64,000 bases of DNA, taken from Tubiluchus corallicola. Its lineage: Eukaryota; Animalia; Priapulida. The first letter of the stretch is position 1. Every line of letters begins with the position of its first letter. Of the stretch, positions 27,202 to 39,352 are shown in pieces. The notes beneath the pieces are model-generated. The model was given only the letters and a program-made list of their open reading frames with translations, was not told the DNA's origin and ran no database searches. The stretch lies in the NCBI GenBank assembly GCA_030141605.1, contig JAQGDQ010000527.1:1-64000 (forward strand), read 5' to 3'. The translations under genes were made by a program, and so were the position numbers.

Positions 27202-27403
27202 TATAAGAAGTTTAGCATAGAACACTTCACAAAGACAAACACCATTAAAACGATAAAAAAGTAGAAATTCACTGTAGAAATTTAAATAGATCATTTTTCC
27301 TTCTTTGCATAGACGACTAATAACTTAAAACTTAATGAACAACATCAATATGGTTTTTGAAAGTTACTGACTAGTTAACTGACCAAGCATGTAATCAACT
27401 TAC

Positions 27404-27695
27404 CGTAAGGACTTGGGCTTCTTGACATTTGACCCTTTACCCGGTTCTTTCGAACCTGAAGCCAATGTCTCGTTCCAACACAATACAACATTAGGTTCCT
27501 GTCGGACCAGTCCTTTGGTATATCCAGACCGCTACTACGAGCGTCCCTATTCCGGACCTTGCCGGACTTCGTTGCCACGAACTTATCTTTACCGTTGCCG
27601 TTGTCCACTATAACCGGTATCGTAGGAAGAAGCGTAGAATTCAACAATTGAGCACCAGTGGTTATATTCAGCACAGCAGTAGTCACGCTGTTCAT
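27404..27695 (-). CDS. Probable fibroblast growth factor (FGF) family gene, first coding exon
   Basis: MNSVTT...DRNLMLYCVGTRHWLQVRKNRVKGQMSRSPSPY|GTAAGT. The LYC..xHxLQV...V.G.....SPY pattern and a phase-1 intron at this position match the first core exon of FGFs. Start codon uncertain; downstream exons not located. Confidence 0.6.
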
Positions 27696-28041
27696 GACTT
27701 CACTGACTTTATCGCATTTCCACACGGTAATCCATAGTTTATACGAAACGTTTCACCAAGTCTGAACACGTTAAAACAGCTACATGTTCGATAAGGCGAT
27801 AGTACACATGACATTCTATTTGTGTGTGCGTAGACCACGCTTAACAAACACACTCGACTGCGGTGCACTGACTGAATCAGAGGCCACAATTACCTGATTA
27901 CCACAATCACGTTAGCAACGCTGAGCGCACTGCTTCCTCGCTCGCTAATTACATGATGTTCGTCCCATACAGAGCAGACAGTCCCAGGGTAGACGGAGCG
28001 CTTTGATTCTCACATGCGAGCTGCGAAGTTCATCGGTTTCG

Positions 28042-28050
28042 TTTATATAA
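28042..28050 (-). promoter_or_regulatory. Candidate TATA box for the FGF-like gene
   Basis: TATATAAA on the minus strand in a GC/CpG-richer stretch. A plausible non-coding first exon ends at cag|GTAATT (about 27897), with an acceptor gtgttcAG at about 27762. Confidence 0.3.
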
Positions 28051-28203
28051 TTCACGGTCTATATAGGCATGCGCTGCCCGCGCGCAGGTCTGCACTCCTG
28101 CGGCAGTGGTGCTGGTGTTTGAGCAGCGTACAACTCCATGCAATGATTGATGCGGAGCAAAACGTCTCTTCATTTTTATCAGCTTCGGCAGGACACCAGG
28201 AAC

Positions 28204-28636
<433 letters not shown>

Positions 28637-29390
28637 CCAGGAACAGTAACAATGTTTAATGCACAAAAACACACTTGCTTTACGGTGGCACCTAGACAGT
28701 TTATTTAGATTTTAAACTTACTGTTTAAATACATCATACAGTTTCATTTTTTAACCCGGGATAAACTAAGCCACTACTAACAGTTGTTTTAGTACATAGT
28801 ATAAGTACTCTGTATTAAATCGCAGATGAATCTTATGATGCGCCTCTTCAAAGATTTTCTAACATTTTTCTTTTTGTTCCGATTTATGACTTTTCGATGC
28901 CACGACAGCCTTAAGAAGTGTGAAAGGATTTATATTGCGCAGTTTTTTTATTTAAGCTGTTGTGTTTGTCGTTGTTATGAAATTTTGAATCGCGTACAAC
29001 TATTTTATCAATAAGAACTTTAATCTTCATAGCAGCAATCCTTATATATTTCCAAAAATTTGTATTAATATGAAATTATTATATTATATACAATTTTACC
29101 GAAAAGCTCTGTCACAGTGGAGAGCGAATGAACGCTATCTATCTATGAACACACCAACGTATGCTTGATTTCTCAAAGGTTTGACACCATCATTGTTATA
29201 CAACGTAACTACAGACATAAGGAGAATATTTGGTGTTTGTAGGGAAAGCCAAGCCTTCTGGGGAAGTTAGGATCATTTCAACGTTCGGGAAAAATGTTAG
29301 AAGGATTTAGTAATAAAAGTGTGATAAATGCTTCGTAAAATTTATAATAAAATCACTTTAAAATCCCGATAATATCATGATAATATCATA

Positions 29391-29729
<339 letters not shown>

Positions 29730-30393
29730 AAGGGTCCCATTTTGGGCGCTCATCCTTCTACCATGCTGAATGAGTTGTCCTTTTCTTTAGCTATTATGGG
29801 TGACGATATTTCAATTCCTAAAGCAAAGGTGACATCTTCAACTTTTCTTACCTTCTTATGGGTATTACGAGACATTTCAAGTGGACAGCATTTAATTAAA
29901 AACTCATATAGATTGACATTCGCTGTGACGTAAGCATATCCTCCAGTAATTTCCTGGTCACGTGACTGTCTGTGATTCATGAATGAGTCATGTCTACCTC
30001 GACTAAATAACTCAAAGTGGCGCAGAACATTTAGGAAACGTTCTCAATTCGACAGTTCACGTGGGATAATTCTTTTCCTGTCGAATGTAGCCTATTGCCA
30101 GCTGGTGCTGCATAATGTCGTTATAATAACAAAAGTGTTTTAGGACAGTGGTCGAACTTTTACAAGTAAATTTTGTAGTAAGGACATATCTGTTAGTCTG
30201 TCGATTTGGCAAATGTTCTGAAGTTCAGGAACTAATCTTATAACAAAACCTTACACAAAGGTAGCTGTTTTTATGGAGGAGTGATAAATAGCTTTTGCAG
30301 AATAAACAGTTACATTAAAAGCAATTAAAAGACCATCGTGGACGAGTTTATTGATACAATAATGTTAATATACAAATAAGCTTATGGACCATC

Positions 30394-30949
30394 TTGTTGT
30401 TGTTGTTGGCATCCTTCTGTCTCGGAAGTCAATGGAGTGTGCTCCAAGAGAGTCAGTTATTGATCACATTGATGGAGCTGCAGCGTCGACTGTGGCTGAG
30501 CAATCCGATCCTTGAACCACTGGAGTGGCCTCTCCAGGGCGAACGCCTGCGCAAGGTGTGTGGAGATCCTGAGTTGCCCAGACAACAGGAACTCCTTCTC
30601 TTCCTCCCTGGTGTAGTCCAAAGGAAAGCGGAGCGATACGTTTGGCACCAGGTTGGCTGCAGGAGCTGCCGGAGTCAATGAGCATGCTGCACTGGTCCGC
30701 CTTCGGGGCTCCACTCCTAATTTGGAATGTTTACTCCTCTACATATGGCCGTTGGGTCACTTGACCTCCTCCACCCTCTAGCCGTTGGCTGCTTGTGCAG
30801 CTCCTCCGCCTAGTGTCGAGATACGGTGTGGGCATCCCGCAAGCCTACAGCACCTGGTATTCCTAGGCGATCACCCATCCAAGTACTAACCAGGCTCTAC
30901 GCTGCTTAACTTCGGTGAGCAGACGAAAACTGGTGTTTTCAACGTGATT
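30394..30949 (-). mobile_element. 5S rRNA-headed SINE with RTE-derived tail, near full length
   Basis: Minus strand: 5S-like head, GC-rich body, SRIGLLSHSRRCS-encoding RTE end, (CAA)n tail; degenerate TSD atggaccatct/atgggccattt. Confidence 0.9.
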
Positions 30950-32154
30950 CATGGGCCATTTAGTACTGGCCTTATCATAGCTTACTTCAAGAGAAGATGA
31001 ATTCATGATCATCAAAACTTTTTGTAATATCAGCTTTCGAGTGTGCGTTCATATCTTCGTTTAAACGAGCTTGAATAAGAATTTGACGAATTGACTAGCA
31101 CATATGTAGGCCGACATCATTTTCTGCTCATGTTGCTGCCGTCTCTTTGTATGTAAATATTGTCTCCTCTTGTATGTGTGTTTTTGTTGTTGTAGTGCAC
31201 TATGGTTTACTGTAATTTCAGTAATTTTAGTCTTACCTTTTAAAGTGTAGTCTTAATGTGTTATATACACATATTTTATTTAGTTCATACGTATGTTTTA
31301 TATGGATTTTAAGTCTGAAATAAAAATATGAATTGAATAGAATTGTCAGTTTAATAAGTTTCACTGAATGCCAGTCTGCAGATGTCAGTATAAGAAACAG
31401 CCCAGAAAGTATTAATTCTGTCATGGATTCAGACAAAAACATACGAAAAAACCCTGTACCATTGGTTGCCAGACGGCTTGAATGGATAAAAAAGATATAA
31501 TTGATTTTAAATATAGCATGCCAGTTTTAGATTATTATTTTGCTTTAGTTAAGTTAGCTCAGGCCCAGGGCGCTTTAATATGTTGAAACATTAATTGGCA
31601 GACGTACCCCAAAAAGGCCTGCTCTTAAAATTTGGAACAACTTACGACACTGGCTTCATTTCCAAGGTGGCTTCATTTGCAAGTAACATTTTATTGTTCA
31701 ACTGTCATAATCATTATCGTCATCATGTTTCCTCCCACACACTCAAATGATATCGCATTATGGTCATAATATTAACAGAAGAATTTTACAATCGCCTTTT
31801 CCACTTCGAACTTCGCATTAAAAGTTTGAATTTCAAAGTGACCGACTGAAGACAAGTTTTTACAATTGAGCGCAGCAGAGGTTGTTACTTCAGCCACGAT
31901 ATAAACTGGCAAATTACAGCGTCTGCAGCACCTATACTGTCAAGCTTGTATGAAAAATGGCCGTCCGAGACGCACGCGGTTAGATTACGAAATCAGTTTT
32001 GGCTCGTGGACAACCGGTCTCGCGCTGCCACGAAATTGTGTCACGCGTGCACAGCATGGAAACAAGTGTCACACCAATTAAACCCAGCCTTGAAACTGAA
32101 AACGCGCGATCCTATACAACAATTATGTATTAAAGTGTATTCAACTGATCAATA

Positions 32155-32400
32155 ATCAAACTTTTTTCAAATTAGCTGGCAATTAATGATATCTTTACTT
32201 AGATTATGACTGTGAGTGACAGAATTTTCATAAACCATTGCTATTTATTTCACGATAATTATTACCCATTGCGGATCGTGAGTTGAAGAAAGAAAGGAGA
32301 CGCTGAAAATTGTGAACCAGTCGGGATTTGAACCCGAGACCTGAGATTAGACATCCCATGCTCTGCCACCGAGCTACCAGTTCAACCTGACAGAGCAGGC
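32155..32400 (-). mobile_element. tRNA-derived SINE, family C
   Basis: Minus-strand head actggtagctcggtggcagagc...gggttcaaatcccgactggt (A and B boxes); homologous to 19352-19584. Confidence 0.78.
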
Positions 32401-32779
32401 AGAAGCGGTTTGATGTTGAAGAACTAAAGGCAAAAATAGTTGAGCGCTGGAACCAAATACCTTTTAAGACGTGGTAAACTGTCAGCTCTTGGAAGAAATG
32501 CTTTTGTCTAGTCTCGAATAAAAACGCTTAACACATAAAGCATTTGCAGCAAATTTTGACAATACGAAATAATTTCCTGCACATATTTTTTTACATGTTA
32601 TTTTAAAAATTCACAATCTTTGGAAAAATCAAAAACAATGAATTAATTTTCAGCATTTATAAACATTCGTCTGTAGCATCATTTAATTTTCGACCGATCC
32701 CGTTACTTTTTTCTTATGATTTTGAGATAAAAACTTGAACACATTTTTTGCGACACCCAATACAGCGCATCCAATGTAT

Positions 32780-33010
32780 GGGAACGGAGTTACCTATGCA
32801 CAAACGTATGATCATCACAAGAATAAGGGTCTCATCACACAATCTGGCTGTGTCTTTGTGGAGAAATTCAGACAGAAGATCATTTTTGTGCGAGTGCCAT
32901 GAAAATGCACTTTATAGATCACTGTACGCGTTAAATTATAGTAATATTGCAAATTTATTAGACGGAGAAATGATGTCAATTGGAAATTTCATTTAAGACT
33001 GTATGCATAG
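32780..33010 (+). mobile_element. Degenerate LINE C-terminal fragment (RTE-X-like)
   Basis: RMIITRIRVSSHNLAV...R.F.CEC resembles the SSHxLxIE...C..C non-LTR C-terminal motif. Confidence 0.4.
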
Positions 33011-34055
33011 ATTTGTGAATTACATAGTATAGTTTTGTTAGCGGACATATAACCGCATCGCTGTGATTATCGTATAGGTAAAATATTTGTTTATCACATG
33101 TGTACAAATGCTTAGTTAATAGTTTTTTCGCTTCATAGCGTTTACAACTAAATTTGTATATATGTGTATATACCTTGTGCAGCTATGTTGAGTCAAATTG
33201 TTAGTATGATCTGGATATCATTACCCGAGCTCTGCCTGCTGATAAAACCATCGGGTATGTGTCGATGCTTTTGTAATTTTCGTGTTGGAAATTTGATTTT
33301 CAGAAATAAAATATCTATCTATCTATCTATTCTCTTAAAGACAATGTTTCTGGCGTGTTAACAATTAAAACTTGAACCAAAAATCCTGTAATAAAACAGT
33401 GAAATAATGTCAATGAACCTAACGTACTGTTGACTTATGAGTAACGACTTATGAGTAAAAGCTTATGACTTACAAACATCCTTCTCTTTTGCCTCCATAT
33501 TTTGCGTAGATCGATTTATTGATTTCCGGACGTCGGGTTTCCAGACTAGACGCGAAATCTGGGTAACGTCGGTTCGTTATTGTGTCTTCAGTAATTAGCT
33601 GATTTATCCTGTATCCTGCTTCCCAGATTTAACCTATATTCGCCTGTTAGTAAAGAGGGGCGAGTTTAAGCTTCAGGGATCACTGCTAAGAAACGCGCCA
33701 ACTGGGATAGATTGATCAAGCCATAGGTTAAGCTCATGTCCTGGATCTGCCCTTGGCTGGCTGGTGCTTAACCACCTCCTCTCAATAATGAAAGTGAAAT
33801 CTACCGGGATACGGAACGCATCAGCCAAAAGACGCTGCTAATCTGTTTTAACCCACATCGTGCGAAGACTTTAAATTTCTCTACAGTTCGATTGTCTATG
33901 GTTCTGTGAAAGCTGATAGTGTGTGAGATCAAAGCTACTGGGGGTAGTTTTTGGTGAGACAACATGCATTCATTGATAAGAATTTTGCATCTTTTAGTTG
34001 TGCTAAATTTTTAATTAGCTGCCAGACTGCTTGGTTGAGGCCGCATCGTTGATAA

Positions 34056-34593
34056 AGGAAAACAGGATGATTGTGTAAACATTAATTCAGAAAACAATGC
34101 TCTAAAATATTGAAAACTACAATAGCTTTTTTTTTAAATCAAAGTTTAGTTTAAATAATAATTACCTCGGATACTCAAATTTCGTCAAACTTTCAAAAGC
34201 TAAGCGCAGCTCAGTGAATCTACTAAGATTGGCAGCGGCGCCTTTTTGTCACATTCGCGTGGCCGACAAATAGAAGGTTGTACCGTGATAACCATGATCA
34301 TGAACTACAGTGTTAGTTTCTGACGTCATGTGATGTAAAGCCAATTTTTCGTGACATCAGTAGTGTAACACTTACGCAAATGTGCTTGATGTGCAAGGGA
34401 AGATGCCTGCCATTGCACAAACTGTGGTTAGTTTCTGACGTAAGCAATAGCTGTGTTCAGTTGCCGTTAATTAACTTTCTAAGCTAATTATTCGAATATA
34501 TGGAGCAATTGTAAACTTTTATAGGCAAGAAAATGTATATTTTGGATAGTAAATTAAAATGATATTGAGTCTAAACAATAGTCCGGTCTTCCT
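34056..34593. mobile_element. Kolobok-like MITE, related subfamily
   Basis: aTAA|aggaaaacagga...tccggtcttcct|TTAA; contains ttagtttctgacg motifs shared with 4342-5358. Confidence 0.55.
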
Positions 34594-35374
34594 TTAACTT
34601 TTAGTTGCATTTTTATGCGTTTCGGTACATTGCAGAGTACATCATTGGCAGGGCCGGTTAAATTTGGGTAGTTACAGCGAGACCGGAACTTAGGTATGGC
34701 TTCAAGTCAAATGAGTTACTGAATCATCAGAGGTGTCTTGGTTACTTAATGCTCGGTACACCTACATCGTTCTCTCAAGGTAAACAACCAGAATCAGTTT
34801 GGTATTGGAAACTCCCCAGACTGAATATGAACCCGGTCATAATTCATTCACTGGACGGCCATTATTCTTAACTTCAATAATCAACCATAATGCCCTGACC
34901 ATTCTGGGGTAAAATGCTAAATACATGTGAACAAATTGCAAATACCCTCAAAAATGTTTTCAAGTGCCAACATAATTTATGAGATATTTTGTCACAACTG
35001 ACTGCTATCACCTTTTTTATGAATTACTTATGTAAAGCATATTCGAAATAAAATGATGTTAATAGTAATAGACGTGGATAAAACTAAAATTATGTTATTT
35101 TTGCTACCTTTTAGCTTTTAGGTAAATAGTTAGTTAACATAATACAGTATAGTTTAATAAAGAGTTATAGAGATGGGTGGCGAACAAATCATACGATCTT
35201 CTAGTCTAGCTTTGCAAGCTTAAGCACATTTTTAGAAGCTGCTACTACTTACTAGCCATCAGTCCTGCCCCTAAGCTAGACGCGTCAAGCAAGCTAAAAG
35301 TTTCAAACCAATATCATCAAAATGATCGTTTGCTTTAAATCGAGTAATGCACTTTCCGCTTTCCATACACTGTT

Positions 35375-35395
35375 CGCTTTGCATTGTGGGTTAGT
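35375..35395 (-). promoter_or_regulatory. ZNF143/STAF-like motif in the MICU promoter
   Basis: Reverse complement actaacccacaatgcaaagcg fits CCCAnAATGCA; about 10 bp upstream of the ATG. Confidence 0.4.
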
Positions 35396-35405
35396 TTGAT
35401 CAAAG

Positions 35406-35639
35406 ATGTCTGCGCTCTTTAGGCGCTGTTTTGTGTTACGAGGGAATTCTATTTGTTTTAAACACTATTCAAGGCACTTAGCAAACCGTACATTTGCTAA
35501 TTTTAAATATAAGAAAACTCTACCGTATTATGGAGTGTTAACAGTTACTGGGTTAGCCGTGTATTTATACAGTCGCTGGAATAACCATGGAAAAGTGTGG
35601 TTTTCTGGTCCTAAACTTTTCGCCAAGGAACTTGGTCCG
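35406..35639 (+). CDS. MICU3: MICU2/3-type mitochondrial calcium uptake protein, exon 1
   Basis: 78 codons: Arg-rich, acid-free N-terminus resembling a mitochondrial presequence, then a hydrophobic segment (YYGVLTVTGLAVYLY). GTTTGT donor in phase 0 matches exon 2. Confidence 0.75.
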
Positions 35640-36800
35640 GTTTGTATAACAGTAGCAGTATTATAATTATTAGGATTGCGTGACATTGGCCGATGACGTT
35701 TTGCATGCATATTGGTTAGTTTGCAGCTTAACTGCCGTAGTTGATTAAATAACAGCCTAGGTTGGTTTCCAGAGATTAACCGCGAATTGTACCATTTTTA
35801 TATTTTAGGTCAAGCCTATAGGCTATATATATATATATATAATAAGGGGGCGACTATTGCCACCTAAACTGCAAGTGCGCTTGTAGTGTATTTGGTTACG
35901 TAACATGACTGAAACAGCAGGTCAAAACGCCCCCAACACACTGTCCTAGTGTCTGACACTGGTAAATATCATCAAATCATGCAACTTCTATGCAGTCTAC
36001 TTATGCACTTAAGCATCTGTGCAACAGTGTATGGTTTAGTACTTCATGTGACTATTCCAACATTTTTACCCACCACACATTGTTACATTTTTCGCTCGCT
36101 ATCTGCTGTAATGTTGCTTGCTCCATATGATGTTTCGCTGAATTTAAAGTCTGATAACCAGGCCAGTATTTAACATTAAGTCAGCATATTTTTAATTGCG
36201 AATAGAATACAACCTATGAAGTTTACTTGAATCGAGAAATGTGTGACTCGCTTTTTGATCAAAGCTCTTAAAATATTTTAAATAGTTGCATTTATTAAGT
36301 TATTTTATTTCAAATTTTCACTGTCAAAAAACTCTATCATTACCTTTGTTGCCTTAAAAATTGAAACTAGTAAGATGCTACAGCACACCCGCTAGGGGCA
36401 TTAATGTCTCTTTCGTGTAATATTAGACTCGCGCTCATAAAAACGCCAGAGTATATCTGTCTCTTTACCGTAATCAAAAATATCTATGCACATGCATTTT
36501 AACAGGTAATGACAAGCACATTTAACAGAAGCATGTATAACCAGCCACCCACTATAATATACTGCAATGTTTTTTACATAAAAATATCCAAATGCCCCTT
36601 ATAAAGACCTTAATGATTGCAGCTCCTCATCCAGCTTTCTGCAAAACACCAACCCTACTTCATGTAAATTTTACGTTTTCATTTAGGGTATAATGGGCTA
36701 ATGTCAGTCATTGGCTAATGTCGGTCATCCAGTTTTTATACACTGAAATTAGGTCATGTGACCTAGACTGGCTTTTTGTAGAACATATAAAATAGTTATA

Positions 36801-37199
36801 CGCTCATATCTCGGTTTGCCGGACAAAAGTGGGGAGACGTCGGGCCAAATTGCCGATTGTTCGTATTTTCCGATACTAAGCTAATATAGTAGGCAGTGTG
36901 TATTAGACTCAATCGCCTAGTTATGTCAAAACTGTCGGCAATTGACTCAAATAACTCCGCATAATTGACTCTACACCGCTTACACACAGATTAAACGACT
37001 AAACACGCTAACATACAAGCTACACACCTGACGTTACATGCTGTTTGGATGGAAACAAAGTAATGGCCTGCCAATCAGCAGTCCGCTCGTGAAATAACGG
37101 ACTGTGTCTGTAGTATGGGGGACTTTCTACGGACCAAATTTTGTCCGTATTTTCTGATATCCGTAATAGTGAGGGGTCCGGTAAACCGAGATACTAGTG
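36801..37199. mobile_element. Tc1/mariner-pogo-type MITE
   Basis: TA|cgctcatatctcggtttgccggac...gtccggtaaaccgagatactagtg|TA. Confidence 0.75.
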
Positions 37200-37343
37200 T
37201 ATAGTATTTACAAAATATTTATGCAAATAGAAGGCACATCATTGAAAAAGTCTAAATGTGGCCAACATTTCCCCAATATACCCTATTAAAGGATCGTCTG
37301 CGTGATGCTATTAAAAATCGAGACAATAGTGTATGGTTTATGT

Positions 37344-37869
37344 TGTTGTTGTTGTTGGCATCCTTTTGTCTCGGAAGACAATGGAGCTGCAGCGTCGACT
37401 GTGGCTGAGCAATCCGATCCTTGAACCACTGGAGTGGCCTCTTCAGGGCGCACGCCTGGGCAAGGTGTATGGAGATCCTGAGTTGCCCAGACAACAGGAA
37501 CCCCCTCTCTTCCTCCCTGGTGTAGTCCAAAGGAAAGCGGAGCGATACGTTTGGCACCAGGTTGGCTGCAGGAGCTGCCGGAGTCAGTGAGCATGCTGCA
37601 CTGGTCCGCCTTCGGGGCTCCACTCCTGATTTGGAAGGTTTACTCCTCTACACATGGCCGTTGGGTCACTTGACCACCTCCGCCCTCTAGCCATTGGCTG
37701 CTTGTGCAGCTCCTCCGCCTAGTGCCGAGATACAGTGTGGGCATCCCGCAAGCCTACAGCACCTGGTATTCCTAGGCGGTCACCCATCCAAGTACTAACC
37801 AAGCTCTACGTTGCTTATCTTCGGTGATCAGACGAGAACCGGTGTTTTCAATGTGATATGGCCGTAGTC
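37344..37869 (-). mobile_element. 5S rRNA-headed SINE with RTE-derived tail, full length
   Basis: 120-nt 5S-like head at 37750-37869 (gactacggccatatc...gctgtaggctt) with no T-run terminator; (CAA)n tail; 9-bp TSD ggtttatgt (37335-37343, 37870-37878). Confidence 0.93.
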
Positions 37870-38229
37870 GGTTTATGTACTTTACAAAATTTGTATGGCT
37901 GTTCTACTGCCATTTCTGAATTTGAGGATTTTTTCTGCCCACGTGTATTTCATTTTCTTCCCACTGGCGGCTTCTCAAGTAACCAGTCCCAGAAAAAGCT
38001 TTTTCGGTGCAACTTGACACAGGTTTTCCAACCAAACTGTTCCCTACATTTTACCAGCAACTATTCACCGGATTTTTCTATTCAGCAGGCCGATGATACA
38101 GTTAAAGCATTTTCTTACTTAAAAGAAAATAGGACGATTTTCACATTTAGCCCATTTTGAATTGTGATAAAAAGTATGCAGTTTAACATGTATAATAATA
38201 ACATAGTGTTTCTCATAATTAAATAATAG

Positions 38230-38530
38230 GTTAAAAACTTAATGGCGTGCGAGCCCAAGTAGTGATGATATCACGAACGAACATAATTTTCTGCAGCACA
38301 AACTTTCCTTGAGCTTGCTGTACATTTTTGCACAAGCACAAAATTAAATAAAGTGCTACTGTACAACATTCGAGTTTACCGCTGTGCTGACGCATGAGCT
38401 TTCGATCATGAGCACTACATCACAACTGAGCATCTCTGAACTGAGAGGTACAGCACCACACCTGTTTTTGTGCAATGCATTTCCAACTTGCAGGCATGTC
38501 ACAGTGCAGGACCAACTGCGCGAACAAGAA
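38230..38530 (+). mobile_element. Internal fragment of the Kolobok-like element
   Basis: gatgatatcacgaacgaacataatttt...gtgctactgtacaacattcg...ctgaactgagaggtacagcacc matches 4900-5160; another fragment at about 42580-42730. Confidence 0.65.
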
Positions 38531-38853
38531 TTATACTCATATTTGAGGTAAATATTGAAAATTTCAGCAATAAAATTGTGATAAGCGCCTCATCTGAGTT
38601 GTATTTGAAAAATCAATTTAAAGTTGCGATTACTTCAAGCTTAGGTACACTCATTTTAAATGAAAAATGGCATCGTCTGGTTACTGTACAGATTGAACAG
38701 CCCAGCACCTACTGTACATATGTTTGCAACCTCACAGAATTCCATGCTTATCTGTAACTGTATTATGTGAAGTGCTTGTGCATTTGGAGATACAAAATCC
38801 TGTATGCGTTAAAGCTACCTAAGAACTTTAAAGTTGTTACTAATTAATCTGAC

Positions 38854-39352
38854 ACATAGTTTTCAAATAAACTCCGTTAAACACAAAGACTTAATCAACT
38901 AGAATACCAGAATTTTTGAGCTTACTGCTGAAGTTTTGTTGTGGATGCCTACATAGTTTTCAAATAAACTCCGTTAAACACAAAGACTTAATCAACTAGA
39001 ATACCGGAATTTTTGAGCTTACTGCTGAAGTTTTGTTGTGGATGCCTACATAGTTTTCAAATAAACTCCGTTAAACACAAAGACTTAATCAACTAGAATA
39101 CCAGAATTTTAGCTTACTGCGAAGTTTGTTACAAAAACCAAACACAAAACAACAACAAAACCAAACACCAAACCACATAGTTTTCAAATAAACTCCGTTA
39201 AACACAAAGACTTAATCAACTAGAATACCAGAATTTTTGAGCTTACTGCTGAAGTACCACAACAAAAAACCCAAACACAAAACAACAACAAAACCAAAAC
39301 ACCAAACTTAATCAACTAGAATACCAGAATTTCTCAGCTTACTGCAGAAGTT
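38854..39352. repeat. 97-bp tandem repeat, 4-5 copies, with two A/C-only inserts
   Basis: acatagttttcaaataaactccg... starts at 38854, 38951, 39048 and 39175. Confidence 0.9.

Noticed and set aside
37750-37869. Functional 5S rRNA genes (also about 30840-30949 and 56140-56256)
   Set aside because: No Pol III T-run terminator, copy-specific substitutions, and always fused to the same body and tail with TSDs: these are SINE heads.
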